Source of the DNA: Eledone cirrhosa
Lineage: Eukaryota
NCBI GenBank assembly: GCA_964016885.1
Contig: OZ024740.1
Coordinates: forward strand, 394,816,001 to 394,880,000
Reading direction: 5' to 3'
DNA length: 64,000 nt
Shown piece after piece: positions 12,713-26,658 of this stretch (position 1 is the stretch's first letter; the number at the start of each line of letters is the position of its first letter). Under the pieces are notes generated by a model, which was not told the origin of the DNA, searched no databases, and saw nothing but the letters and a program-made list of their open reading frames with translations. The position numbers and the translations under genes were made by a program.

Positions 12713-13019
12713 ATATCAAACGGCTGTTGTGAGATGTATGGGGATCCGGCTATCAGCTGAGTCAATCGTAACAATCATCCTACCACTTTCTTTTGGACGT
12801 TAAAGGAAGGCAGTCTTCTTATGCCTGGCAACCAAGTTAAAAGAGATTGTGTGGTGGACAAACTGAAAAAAAACTGAAGACAAGCATGCTCCTATTTAGT
12901 CAACTCCTCGTGAATTTCAAAATTTCCGTGTGGAGGAGGAGGGTTTCTCCTTTAAGGAATTTGCTGAAACGTGAGTGTAAGTAGGGAGAGAGGCAAGAAT
13001 AATCTGTATAGTTAAGTCC

Positions 13020-13400
13020 TCTTCCAACATGCAGATACTGATCAGAAAAAACAACTAGGCCACATCTCAAAACAAGGCCACTCATCTGATTGGAATGGAA
13101 TCACTGGCAGACACGCTACTGTCGCTGGTTCACAGACATTCTACTGCTCTCTCTGTATTTTCAATCGCTACTACAATGGCCTCTGTTCTTCGAATCTGGC
13201 TGAACTCATGTCACCTTCATTCAAGCACACCCACTTCACTCGTTCTTATCCGCCCATCCACCATATTGCATCCAGGTCCCCAAGGTTCACATTAACCACT
13301 ACAACTAGACATTTCTTCCCAGAACGTCGACTCTCTGGAATTCTTCCCTGTCCAAGAGTTCCTTTACAACAATTTAAAGTGACTATCAACAGCATGAGTC
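13020..13400 (+). pseudogene. LINE ORF2 3' remnant (same class as 11170-11600)
   Basis: Frameshifted KATHLIGMESLADTLLSLVHRH..RYYNGLCSSNLAEL..FFPRTSTLWNS. Confidence 0.55.
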
Positions 13401-13644
13401 GCATCGGTTTGGATGAACCTGCAATAATTATTAGCATAGCCCTTTCTTTCAAGCCTAGCAAAGACAAAAACCTGAACTTCTGAATTCCCCACCTTTTTTT
13501 GTTTTTTTGTCTTCGATGCTTGCTTGTCCGCCTATGGGTGCGTGCTTTGGCATGTCTTTTGTATATTTTTGTTACGAACATGATTTCATATACCACCGTG
13601 GTAGAAAGAATCGGAGACCTACCATCTGTAATTAAAAACTCTTC

Positions 13645-14255
13645 TTTTTCTTCTTCGCCCATTTATTCCTGAGAGTGCCGTGGGGGAAGAGACCTCAAAT
13701 ACTCCTTCCAGCAGGTCCTGTCAGAAGCAACCGTCTCCGATTGATCCAACTGTATCTCTAAGCGAGACCAACCGAGCTCATAGATGTTATCCAACCGTCC
13801 TTTGGGGTCTACCCCTGGGTTACCTGCCGATTGGTTTTACCTGTCCAGTGATTCTTTCCTGAGAAATTCTAACCGCATATCCGTAATATCGGAGCAGTAA
13901 AATCTCAACTCAGAGAAGTAGTGGCTTTACCTGGAGCGACATTCTTATCTGCGAGCTACGCATTCTATCGAGTAACTTTACTCCAAAATCCTTCGGAGGA
14001 ACGCAATTTAGGCTTGTATTCGCAATCGTTTTCTTTCAGTCATTACCCAAGATTCTTGACTATGGGTAAGCGTTGGCACAAATGACCAATTAAAAATAGC
14101 AAGTTTGGCTTTTATACCTACTTCCCTTCTTCTGATTAACGAATGCGGAAGCTGGTACACTACTACACTAGCTCCTCCAATTTTTGCACTTAATTCTTGC
14201 CTTCCATGACTCGTGAAAATGTTCCCAAGATACTTGAACTTCTCTGCTTGCTTCA
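13645..14255 (-). pseudogene. RTE-type LINE 3' remnant
   Basis: Minus strand KFKYLG-like motif near 14240 and PRGRP motif near 13810; GAA-rich tail. Confidence 0.5.
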
Positions 14256-14269
14256 GTGGAATTAATTAA

Positions 14270-14430
14270 TGATACATTATGGACACACTAGAAGAGGAAG
14301 ACCAAGGTTAACATATATTGATGCCCTAAGGACAGACACTGGTCTGTTGGAGATGCAGGATATGGCAGCGATAATGAGGGACAGAGACCGCTGGAGAGAA
14401 CTCGTCCATGGATCTCGGGAATTTTACCCG
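14270..14430 (+). pseudogene. LINE (RTE-like) C-terminal fragment
   Basis: Translation GHTRRGRPRLTYIDALRTDTGLLEMQDMAAIMRDRDRWRELV. Confidence 0.65.
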
Positions 14431-14436
14431 CCTTAG

Positions 14437-14545
<109 letters not shown>

Positions 14546-14685
14546 TATGGGGGTGCTAGATGTTTGAGTGTGATGGAAACTGTAAATAAACTCGAAACTC
14601 GTCGAGTGGACTATACTTGTTTTTCAATCTTGTCAAATATGTATCAGCCACGCTGATACGTTAAGGATGCACGTGTCTATAAAAC

Positions 14686-15010
14686 CTTCTTCTTCTTCTT
14701 CTTCTTCTTCTTCTTCTTCTTCTCTCACTTATTCCTAAGAGGGTCGTGGGTCAGAATCCTCATACATGCCTTCCATATGGTCTTAACAGGAGCAACTGTT
14801 TCCAAATAATACAAAGGAAAACCAACCGAGCTTTTGGATATCATCCAACCATCTTGCTCGTACTTTACCTTTGGGACTCCTCCCGGTTGGTTTTGCTCGT
14901 AAAATATATCCTGAGATTCTTTCCTTGGACATCTCTCGATGCGGAGAAGTTGAGGTGTTTGCTACATTAAATGATTCCTTGATCTCCAAGCTACACACCC
15001 TATTGAGTAA
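14686..15010 (-). pseudogene. RTE-type LINE 3' end with (GAA)n tail
   Basis: Translation LRAKPTGRSPKGKVRARWLDDI; (TTC)n at 14686-14722. Confidence 0.6.
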
Positions 15011-15023
15011 CATTACTCTAGAG

Positions 15024-15188
15024 CAGGGTCTACAAAACTATTCCAAACGCGGAACCGTTTTTGGTTCAGAAACTTTTGGGGAACCCCAAAGTCCAATACT
15101 GTTATATGGTTGTAATATAAATATACTCCTTTACCTTTTTTACAGAACCCTAGACACCCCTTTGCGGAACCCTCTTTGGGAACCACTT
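15024..15188. mobile_element. hAT MITE
   Basis: Starts CAGGG; 8-bp TSD CTCTAGAG/CTCTGGAG. Confidence 0.6.
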
Positions 15189-15406
15189 CTCTGGAGACTC
15201 TTCGTCGAAACCCCATTTCGGCCTCTTATATTCACGATCGTATTTTTTCGGTTACTACTAAAGATTTGTTACCATATGTATGGATAGGCTCGAATATAAA
15301 ATTGAAGATAGTATTTGGCTTTTGCACTTACCCCTTCTAATGATCACTTATATTTAATGATAATGCTCATCGTCGAAACCAACGAAGGATCCATCATTAT
15401 CTCTTA

Positions 15407-15593
15407 GGGCGGTGGATTGGCAGTATCGGTAGAGGGTCGGACGCCATGCTTTGAAGTTAGAGTTACCTCCCTTTATGATCTGAGTTCAAATCCCGCCGAG
15501 GTTAACTTTGCCTTTCATCCTTACAGGGTCGATAAAATAAAGTACCAGTAATACACTGGTATAATTGCTGGCCTTGTGCCAAAAGTAGAAACA
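15407..15593 (+). mobile_element. Full-length tRNA-derived SINE (Meta-like central domain)
   Basis: GAGTTCAAATCCCGCCGAGGTTAACTTTGCCTTTCATCC..GTCGATAAAATAAAGTACCAG; 11-bp TSD ATTATCTCTTA; many copies in the window. Confidence 0.85.
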
Positions 15594-16889
15594 ATTATCT
15601 CTTATGTTATACATTTCTCAAGATGGTAGATCATTTATTGATAGAGAATACTACTGTTATTTTGTGTAGAATTAGGATTAAAAGCAGCCAAGGTGTGACA
15701 ATTAGTTATTGTGTTTCTTTTCAGGCATAGTGTATCTAGAAGTACATTTCCCAATATGTCTTTCTTGTTTTCTAAGACAGTCGGATGGAGCCCAAGAGGG
15801 ATGGGGCTGCTATTTTTAGCAGCTCTAGTGACCGCCTCGCCTTTCATCCCCAGGGGAAAATTATGGCTTGACTTATCGGCATAAACTCTAAACAAAACGG
15901 AGTCAAACATCGGTACGTTGTAATTTGTGAAAGATTTCTGGTAATTTGCGAAAGATTTAATGTATTTATATATTTATTTATTCATGTATTTGTTTTATTT
16001 GTTTAGCTATTTATTTATTCATTTATTTATATTCAACACAATATATCGGGTTCTGGCTCAGCAAATATCCGGTCGCATAATTGCTTTTCTCAAGTGGCAT
16101 CACTATTACCATTATAAAGTAATTTGAAATAGAGCTTAGATGTCAGTCTCCCCAATTACGACCTCCCTCATCGTTGTGGCAGCTTATACATTTTTGAAAC
16201 TTTTTGTTTTATATTTGTTGTTATATATTATATCTATTATTATTTTTTTATTTTATCATTTATTTTGCTAACTGTAAACACAGTTACTTATTTTTCTCTC
16301 TCTCTCTCTCTCCTCTTTTTCGTTTTCTTCACTTACTCTCACTCTTTTTCCCTTTTCCTCTATATAATTCTCTATTTCTTTCTCTTTCTATCATTCTCTT
16401 AACTCTTCTTCTTTCCCTCATGCTCTCTAGTTCTCTAACTTGGTCTTTTAGTATATAATCAGTAGCTGCTTTACTTCGATAAGTAAAAGTTCAGCAAAAT
16501 TCCCACCGAAATGAAATAAGGAAGAAATACAGAGATTTAAAAAAAAATAACAACAAACAAACAAAACAAACAAAACAGCAAGTCTGTCATGAAACTGAAC
16601 ACGTTTGATTATCTATTCGAAATTAATAACATACACATTAACGTGCTGTCGGCGGCACCATAATAGGTCAGTGTGTTTTCTCTTCAACAGATATGAAAGT
16701 ATGTCTCAGGAAAAGCAGGTCGAACACCGCACCACAAAAAGAAAAAACTTTCTCACTCATTCGCTTAAACTATGCAAGCAAGGTTATATGTTTAAAACTG
16801 AGCGGCGAGGTCAAACTGTCATACAGCCATACATTAGATCTGATGGGGGTTTACTTCGTTATTCAGCATCTCTGATTAGAAACGACTAG

Positions 16890-17600
16890 AGAAAAGTGTT
16901 TATTGCGGATATAAGAATGAAACCTAGCAAGAATGAGGAGTATATATTTAGGTGGATTCGATGGAGATATGAAGGAGATATGATCAGCTGCTGGGCTAGG
17001 GTTAGTGTTAGGGCTCTAGTAATAGTTAAAATGGAGCAATTGCATTGTGTGAGCCAGACGCTGTAACGTGTTGGAGATGGAAATGGCAAGTGTTTTTGCA
17101 TCGGCTGAACAGCCTTTTTCAGATGCAGTTTTGGATAACAGCAGCAACGCTAACATAAGTATATACTCAAATGTGGGTCTTATTTGAGCTCTATAAACTG
17201 TACAAAAACTGAAGAGAGCTGAAGTATTTGTCGCGCCTAAACAGAAACATAAATATTCATGATACAACTTTGGGAATGTTATATATGTGAGATCGTCACG
17301 AAAAATCATCAGACATTGTAAAATACGTTTGTAACAACTTTGTCAGTTTTAGTTATGCGCTGTTCATGAATAGGGACATTCAAGGTGCAAAGTTGCTCCT
17401 TTGATATATGCAGTGATTGTTTCTTTGTTCTGTCGAAACAGACTGATTGCCATGGACACACTGAAAAATGGCTCCAAAGAGTTTGTTCATAGCAGTGTAT
17501 GCCAGGTCTGAATTGATCGAAATGACTATGGATGGCGCATCTTTGCGTTTGATTAAGGAAAAATGAGTAGAATAATCTGAAAGAGAGATGCCTGTTGTAA
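16890..17600 (-). pseudogene. Degenerate LINE ORF2 remnant
   Basis: YRAQIRPTFEY and QFRPG motifs in broken frames. Confidence 0.45.
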
Positions 17601-17819
17601 GACAATCACTTTGTTAATATAGTGTATTTGGCTGTGATACTGGGTTTTGTACGTATGGAATTTTGAGTTCAAGTTCTTTGTTAAAATGTATATATATTTG
17701 GGTGTGTTTAATGTAATGTATCTTGAGATAAGACATATTCATCGAAAAGTCCTCAGTCGGAAACGTGTATATCGAAAGCTTGCTGGACGAAATGGAGAAT
17801 TGGTCTAAAGACGGGTAAC

Positions 17820-17960
17820 GCTTGATATAGTAGGAAAAGAGTCGTAACGTTTTGGAAGCTAGTCCTTCATCAGAAGATAGAATGAGAAATAAAAGAAATA
17901 GATTGAAATATAGAGTAGTGTGCGAAGAAGAAAAGAAAATACGAAAAAAAAACTTGGTGG
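17820..17960 (-). mobile_element. Family I pseudo-LTR remnant with mutated hammerhead
   Basis: Minus strand CTATCTT-CTGATGA-AGGA-ctagct-TCC-AAAA-CGTT (G12 to A); near-identical context to 19355-19395. Confidence 0.55.
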
Positions 17961-18008
17961 GAGTGAGAAAAAGCACGTGTGTGTTCAGTCAGCAAGTTTG
18001 TGGAATAT

Positions 18009-18058
<50 letters not shown>

Positions 18059-18584
18059 GCATTCAGATTTATTGGTATAATGAGGTAAATTTTATTTATA
18101 ACTTGTTCACAAGGAAGGTATATATTCATTTACTAACACACACCCAGATATATGTGTATATGTGTATGCATGTATGTATATATACACCCTCTCTCATCCC
18201 CCCTCCCGCACACACACATACAAATATATACATATATATATATACCAGCTTACATACAAATATATACATATATACCAGCTTACAAATATGTCGACATTTA
18301 TCCATTGATTTATATGCTTTAGTATGTGAATATCTACACATCTTTTCTGTATACACAGGTATATATATATATATGTGTGTATCAATTATATAAAATACAA
18401 ATCATATATATACTAATGTATGTGAATCTGTTTATTCTTATATATTTGAATATTCCTTCCTCTTCGTCTACTCATAAGATTTTTTTTATATTTTTATCTC
18501 ATCTTCTCGTAAATCAACCGGATGGAATATAGAAATGATGACATAAAATTAAATAAACGAAAAAAAAAGGAAAGCAAAGAAACG

Positions 18585-18667
<83 letters not shown>

Positions 18668-18859
18668 TACATACATACATACCTTTATTCCAATGGAAAC
18701 ATTTAAATTCAATATTCTTATTGCCTCTATAATATCTGATATTGATGTTTAATTTACCACATCAAAGCGGACTTCCTGGTCACTGATACATCTATGTAAA
18801 AGTTCATCCATTTGTAAATTAAGTAGAATAAATCTATATCTATATAATACAGCTATGGT

Positions 18860-18898
<39 letters not shown>

Positions 18899-19279
18899 TC
18901 ATACTTCCATACATACATACATTCACACATACATACATACTTACATACATATATTCATACAAATACATCCATATATATATATATATTCTTTGCTTATTTT
19001 ATTCCTTATTGATTTTGTTTATTGTACGATATTTATTTACTTTTTTATTGACATTCCAGTTAATTATCTTCAGTACAATATAAAACAATAAAATGTTATA
19101 TTGGCAATATAAAATATTACAAATATAGCTGGAGGGTTTAAGAAATTTACTTCGCAGCCATGTCATACTGGGTTCTAGCCCAGTGTAAGACATATTCGAC
19201 AAATGTCTTCGGCAGTGAAATTTAGTGAAATTTAGTTGACAGAAACAAATCAGAAACCTGCAGGAAATATATATAGTTT

Positions 19280-19490
19280 CTCCCCATTTTTTTCTCATTT
19301 CCCCCTCCCTTCCTCTCACCACTCTTTACTTTCTATTTATCTTCTATTTCTAACTCTATCTTCTGATGAAGGATTTGTGTCCGAACGTTAAGACTCTCTT
19401 CCTGCTATTTCAAGCGTTAAACTAATATATTTCTTCCATTCTTCCATGTACTGTTTGTTTTACTTTTGTTATTTCTGCTTACCTTTTACA
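19280..19490 (+). mobile_element. Family I pseudo-LTR remnant with minimal hammerhead
   Basis: TCTT-CTGATGA(19363-19369)-AGGA-tttgtg-TCC-GAA-CGTT-AAGA; one A of GAAA is missing. Confidence 0.55.
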
Positions 19491-20428
19491 TACATACATA
19501 TATATATGTGTGTGTGTGAGTGTGTATGTGTATACATGTTTGTGTGTGTAAGAGAGAGAGAGATGGGGGGGGGGGAGAATGTGAGGGAGGGAAGGAGTCT
19601 GTGCATGTCTATACTAATTTTAAATGGTGCATTGAGTTCATGACGCCGAACATATCCATTTGATTGAAGCTGAATTACTGGACTCTGCTGATCGTCTAAA
19701 TCTCTTCAGGCAGGTGCCCTATTATGGCCAGAGTTAAATGATTTAAAATAATAATAAAATAGTACATGGAGCCATATGCAATATATTTACATACAATAAA
19801 CAATTCATTAAGTTTTGCTGTATTTTAAGTTGTCATTTTATCATAGCTAACTCTGCATGGGGAGTAAAAATAGCAGATGTATTTCATTGTGGTTACAGTC
19901 CGTCAGCGTTCACTTACTAAGGCCTATATGCAGAAGTTTAAAGAACACTATCTTCCTATAGACATGTGCAAGCAAACATATTCAAGTGAATCGTGTAAGC
20001 CTGAGTAGTTAATATTAATTAGCAATAGTACTAACATTGTCTGATTCAGAATACGGTCCTATATGAACCCATATACATTTAGTTCTACTTTATTTTATGC
20101 TGTGTTCTTATCACAACTATCTCCACATTGAGGTAAGGTTTACAAATGTATTTCACTGTCGTTACACTCCCTCGGCGACCGCTTACTCGTATAAAATGCT
20201 GTCTTTTATACCCTATTCTTTGATAACTTTGATAGGTTTCGGCCAGTATTGGCCGATACCTTGTCTAACTTAATAGAACCACCTTACTGATGCTTATTTA
20301 CTTATAGTGCAAGCTCGACTATATCAATTAGTGTTAGCGCTGCTACAGACCGCTTCAAGATAAAGGTGTAGAGAAACCGTAGTCAACGAAACTAGATGTA
20401 TGTTTAGTTTTTCGCTCTAACATAGCGG

Positions 20429-20757
20429 ATACGTAAATGTATTCGTGAGCTTTATATCGAATAATAATAATATTCGTTTCGTTTGCAAGCAAACAGCCTC
20501 ATTACGATATGTGTTTTAGATGATGATCGCCATCCTTTTGTTCTAGCGGTGACAGACTCTCTGTTTAATGCCAGAACAAAAGGATATCTGCAAACGAATC
20601 GAATATTATTATTATTCGGCTGAGGTTAACTTTGCCTTTCATCCTTACGGGGGTCGATAAAATAAAGTACCAGTAATGTACTGGAATAATTGCTGGCCTT
20701 GTGCCAAACGTAGAAACAATTATCATTCGATATAAAACTGACGAATGCGTTGATGTA
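20429..20757. mobile_element. Foldback element interrupted by a SINE
   Basis: Arms CGAATAATAATAATATTCGTTTCGTTTGCA / TGCAAACGAATCGAATATTATTATTATTCG; symmetry resumes after the SINE at 20619-20720. Confidence 0.6.
20619..20720 (+). mobile_element. 5'-truncated SINE (same family as 15407)
   Basis: GAGGTTAACTTTGCCTTTCATCC..GTAGAAACAAT. Confidence 0.8.
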
Positions 20758-21361
20758 TGTTAATTATACGTAAATATATTGTATATAGATTTATGTTGAT
20801 GCTATCGTTAATTATATTAGCCAATCAAGCTTGCAATATATGTAAAAAAATGTTCATCAAGAATAGATTGTTTACAAAATCTATAAGAAGTTATTGCCTT
20901 CTAAACTTGACCATGTGCATATAATTAAGCAATTTGCTGGAGACAGTGAAATGCCTCCATCACTGTTATCCCGATGTTGTCTAGCTAAGACTGGATTACA
21001 ACTTAAAATACTCATAGCTAAACTAAAAGCATGTTGATATAAAGATATTGTTTATTGGTCCATATGCAACTCTATTCTGAAACACGCTATGTTAGTGCTG
21101 TAATTAAATTAGTAAAATACTAAAATTGTATAAAGTGTATTTTATATAGGAATTGAAGAAAAAATCCTCCACACATAAAAAGAATGATTACAATGCCGTA
21201 AATGCTTACGAATAAATACCGTTAGTTCGCTATATGTATTAGAGTTAATTATATATATGTTGCGTGGATGGCTATTTGACAAAGTCTTTAGGGCATCAAA
21301 TAGAATATTTTGTAGGTTCTGTTCCGGTCTCTATCTTACAGGTACAATGTATTCACTAGAG

Positions 21362-21805
21362 CAGGGATCGGCAACCTAGGCCCACGGGCCGGATCCGGCC
21401 CGCGAGAACTGATGCCCAATGAGTTGTTTATTTAAAATTTAATTTTATTGTAATATGAGAGACGAGATAATATCTTGCTCTTGGCATCAAGTTTGAAGTC
21501 TAATATTGAGAAGCTTTCAAGGAACAAAAAACATCAAGTTTCCCATTAATTTTTTAGCTGCTGTGTATTTCTAAGATTTTTTAAACAAATGATTCCAACG
21601 ATGTCTTAAATTGAATAAATGATGTTTTTCCATTACTACATTCATCTGTGGTTAATACAAATTATTTTTAAGTATAGTCAACACTCGTGATTAAATTTTA
21701 GCTTTTGTAATTTTCCATAATTAACTTTTATGGCCTTCGTCCGGCCCGCTATCCATCATTAATACTCGATCCTGCCCGTGGAGGCAAAGAAGTTGCAGAA
21801 CTCTG
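21362..21805 (+). mobile_element. hAT Charlie/Buster-type deletion derivative
   Basis: TIR CAGGGATCGGCAAC; 8-bp TSD CACTAGAG/TACTAGAG; retains the transposase C-terminus SNIEKLSRNKKHQVSH*. Confidence 0.8.
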
Positions 21806-21999
21806 TACTAGAGTTTCATACAGTCTCCTTCTATCTATTTTTATTTGCAGGCTTGTATGCTCCCAGTCGATAATGAAAGACACTTACTCAAGGTGCCGTG
21901 CAGTAAGATTGAACCTGAAACCTAATGATTCCGATGTGAACTTTTTAACCACCTATCCATGCCTACACCTACAATGCAAATGTACAACTGTTTCCTATA

Positions 22000-22184
22000 T
22001 AATTGTTTCTACTTTTGGCACAAGGCCAGCAATTATCCCAGTGCATTACTGGTACTTTATTTTATCAACCCAATAAGGATAAAAGGCAAAGTTAACCTCG
22101 GCGGGATTTGAAATCAGATCATAAAAGGAGGTAACTCTATGCTTCAAAGCATGGCGTCCAACCCTCTACCGATACTGCCAATAC
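22000..22184 (-). mobile_element. SINE (same family as 15407)
   Basis: Reverse-complement match along its length. Confidence 0.85.
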
Positions 22185-22790
22185 AATAATATAATCTTTT
22201 TGTTAAATATTATTCTTTAATCTTATACACCAATCTTATATTTTTATTTGTTTCCTTCCCCATGGCACAATTGCTGGAGTCGACTACTAGTTTCAATATG
22301 AACAAGTCATACCCTGTCACCATTCTCTGTGTTGTGTTTATAGGCAAGACACTTAACCTCATGAAGCCTCTTTCATTTGATATCAAGTTCATTTGATCCA
22401 AATCAGCGTGGTGGTATTGGGTTTCTATAACTGATCAAGCATCTCTGAGAAAAGGATTAACGATATAATTTAATTTCTCAGAAATTATCCAACTCTACAT
22501 ACTATATAATTTCTATATATGTTAATTCGGGATTAAATCACTAATATTTTATGATGTTGCGAAGTGAGTGCACTTCCATTGAAAAGTTATAATTAGAACG
22601 AAACTGAGCTCATTACTGAGCTCATTATTTTTCAGGGCGGTGGGTGGAATAATCGGTATAAAAGTATTTCTAAATTTAGTTATTTTCCATTTACGTTCTG
22701 AGTTTAAATTTATCGACGATTCATTTTTTTTTTCAAATATCCCTGGGATCAATCAATTAAATCATTTACGACTATACCCATCCCCTAAAA

Positions 22791-23789
22791 CAGGGGTCGG
22801 CAACCTTTTGGAGAGAGAGGGCAAAACAGCTATGCAGTGTCGTGGAGGAGGGCCAGTTATTAAATATTTAAATAAATTTTCTGGAGGTTTAAAGCAAAAC
22901 AATGAATTTAATATAATTCTATTTTAACAATTAATAATTCTATTTTACTGCAGGAATAACGAAAAAAAAAAAAGAAGAAAAAAACTACAAACACATTCAA
23001 CAAAAAAAAAAGCAAATTCCTTATTTTACTGCAGGAATAACAGAAAAACAACTACTATCACAATCAACTAAAAGAAAGCAAATTCCTTGCTACAAACGAA
23101 ATACAGTTAGAAATGTTAGATCAGGGTTGCCATTTGTTTTTTTAAACCACTTTTGGCCTAATTCTAATAATAATAATTCACACAATTTATCACAAATAAT
23201 TAAATAAACGTTATTATCGAATAAAGATACCTACTGTATAGTTGTTATACCACCAGACAACAAACTCAAATGAAAATACTCTGGGGAGGAGGAACGAAGT
23301 AATTTTTCCAAGGACAGCTTTACCTTGTGCCGTGAGGTACAGGTAAGGTCAGGCAAACGAAGACGACAATAATTGATTTTATTGAATGACAATATGGGTA
23401 TAAAAGCGAGTCATGCGAACCGTAAGGTAGTATACCTTCCAGTCGCTGACGAAAATGCATACTTCCAGCCAACATTTGTGTTTGTTGACTGGAACAAAAA
23501 CACATACAGGAAATCACAGGAAATAATAATACAGATGATGTAATGCTTGGCAGAAAGCCCAGAAAAAGATGAATAAGAGGAAATAATAATAAATGGAAAA
23601 TATAATAAGGTTACAAAGGTATCTGTAAATATATACGGTATGAGCAGCGATTTGTGATGGGCATCAGGTCGGCACAACCTTGAAGTGACCTACTGTATCT
23701 GTGTTCGATACTAATTATATAATTAGTGTCCAGTGTAAGATGGCGGGCCGGACAAAAATCACTCGAGGGCCGGGGGTTGCCAACCGCTG
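22791..23789. mobile_element. Non-autonomous hAT element
   Basis: TIRs CAGGGGTCGGCAACC / GGTTGCCAACCGCTG; perfect 8-bp TSD CCCTAAAA. Confidence 0.85.
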
Positions 23790-25836
23790 CCCTAAAACAA
23801 TATCATTTTCGTCTTACTTCAGAATTTATTTCGATTAATCCTTTAAGATTATGCACATTGCTTATGCTTTCAGTCGCTTAATTATTAGCACATAGCCTCA
23901 TGGATTTGAGGGGTAATGTCTAAAGGGAAAATCCTCAGAGTGTAAACTCTGGAAGAATATCTAGATTTTAGTCTATAAGACAGTAGTTCTCAAACGATGT
24001 ACTTTGAGATGTCGCTAGGTATGTCGCAAAAATAATTAAATTACGCTTTTGATATGTGATAAATATAAGCGGAATGGATAAATATGAAGTCTTGATAGTA
24101 GTACCGAATTTAGACTTAGTATGGTTTTAAATTGCATAAAGTTTAGAGGGCTCTATGTTTTAAAAAATATTTCACCGAAAGGTATGTCTCACGAAAACTG
24201 AAAACATATGCCTTTTGATTATATCGATGTCCCAGCGGATTGTGAGGTCCAAAGCTGTAGTTTGCTTGGATTCTATTTAAATCTGACACTTGTTGATTAC
24301 TATATTTTCGTTATTGAATAAAAAAAAAAGTACTTGATAATGGTGTGTAGTTTATATTATTTATATTTATAGGTTAAAATATTTAAATACTTTTATTTGA
24401 TACATTTTTTCTTCAGAAATGTGCTCAAATAACTTTATTTGTTTTAAAGTAAGTAAAACCAAATGTTTAGAGCCATAGGTGTAGGACTCTAATACTGTCG
24501 CCTTGTGTTTTTCTTTCTCGCAACTCATTTAGCTAACCCAATACAAACATTGTAGCCTCACATTTTTTCAATATCACTGATAAGATCACGACGGGATTCC
24601 TTACACGGCTCAGTCAAGGTTTGTATATATAACGAATAGATTCACACTCTAGTACTTATAAAAGCATTTGTTCTAGTTTTTTCATTCCATATGTGGTTAT
24701 GACTGAGTAAGCTTCTTCTTCATTTATACTCTTCCATATTTCAATAGTTTAATCCTGCATGTTTGACTAGAAGTTATTTAATTATATTCTTGGTGTGAAT
24801 ACAAAGTAAGTAATGTAGTTTTCACCCCTACGAGGTACAGCTGCTATCAGAGAAATGTTGAATGAGAGGCAAGTGAATCCAGCGACCCAGTGTTTAGTGA
24901 CACAAGAAATTAAAGAAGGCTTTGTAGGAAATCTTCTTGTTTATAATTTTTGAAAAATGAAACTCTGCAACACCCAGTACGGACTGAATCATCCAAAAAT
25001 TGTTTGCATATTTCTCAAAGTATCCAACGAATACACTGACTAAATAATTAGGATTGTTCTTACATCTGTAGGCAATGCATATATTTACACGTTTTTGGCT
25101 CATTAATTAATTCATAATAATGCTTTTCGTTCTCCATATTGTAGAGTAAAATATCGATTTTTAGATACTTTCTTTTCGAAATATAACAACATTGATAACA
25201 AGATTGGATACATTAGATAACCCCAAAGATTTATTGCATGGTATTTACGTTGTCTTCCATCCCAGCATAGATAAGATAAGGGCCAGTAAAATACTAAAAT
25301 CGGTCAAAATTGACTAAGCCTAAGAATTAAGCTAAAGTTTAGTTTATCGAACAACTGATTGCCCATCGTCCCAATCAACAGAAGAGCCATCATATTGATA
25401 TGATCATCAATATCAATAAGTTTGTGTCTGTAGATGAAACATTTACAGGATTGTCAAGAAAGAATAACAAGAAGAACAGGTCATTGCAACATAACAGAGC
25501 ATGTGTGCTGTTTACAGCAACAATATAAAAACATTACACGGAGTAGACAGCGAGATAGCTATTTACAACTAAGTAGACTGTCCCAACGGGATTTTTTAAG
25601 GTCTGCTCTAATCGAGCGTATGATCAAAGGTGTATATCCATGGACATCCCACCCATCTACGACTACCTTGTTCGTTCTTTAATATGTTTCTTCATTTTTA
25701 AGACAATTGTTTGTCATTTGAATGGTATTTGATTTCTTATCTAGCAGTTTGGCCGAGCAAGTAGAAGAACCATTGTTTGCTCGTTTCATCGTCACTAGGT
25801 TCCTCAGATTCTTCTGTTCACCATTGATAATTATCA

Positions 25837-26020
25837 ATAATTGTTTCTACATTTGGCACAAGGCCAGTAATTATCCCAGTGCATTATTGGTGCTTTATTT
25901 TATCGACCCCATAAGGATGAAAGGCAAAGTTAACCTCGGTGGGATTTGAACTCATACCGTAATGGACCGTAACTCTGTATAGCGTCCGATCCTCTACCAA
26001 TACTGCTAATGCAGTGCCCT
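25837..26020 (-). mobile_element. SINE (same family as 15407)
   Basis: Reverse-complement match. Confidence 0.8.
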
Positions 26021-26136
26021 TAGAAATAATGAGTTGCGTATCGAACCATAACTCCACAAGTTGGCGTTCCTTAGCTTGAGACATTACCTGCATCAACAAC
26101 GTTGACAGTTTTCACTGGGAAGATATAACACATTCA

Positions 26137-26466
26137 TCTATATATCTAAAACAAAGAATGTCTGTCTGTCTGTCTGACGCCCCAAAACTCGAGAACCACC
26201 CAACCGAATTTTTTCAAACTTTACACATGTAATACTTATGGTCGTGTGGGTGTTTTGAGCAAAGAATATTTCAATTTTTCAATGCCCTAAGGACCGCATT
26301 AGGCGTCGGTTAGCGATCTCTCTCTATCTTTCTTAGTCTGTCTTTTTAGATAGATACATAGCTATAACGTCGCGACCTTATAATATCTGTCTGTATGTCT
26401 GGTAGTTTGCATTACGACATTATGACATTATGTGTGTGTGTGTATATATATGTATATATATATATA

Positions 26467-26512
<46 letters not shown>

Positions 26513-26627
26513 TGTATAACGTTTTTCGAAATATTTACTTCTGTGTTCACAGATTGATTTTTTTTAGTTTCAGAAGATCCCGTTAAGGGTGAAACCAGCG
26601 ATTCTTCGCTTAAACTTTAATTTCTTA

Positions 26628-26658
<31 letters not shown>

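Noticed and set aside
15725-15912. Segment bounded by a good splice acceptor and a GT donor
   Set aside because: All three frames contain stops; no homology recognised.
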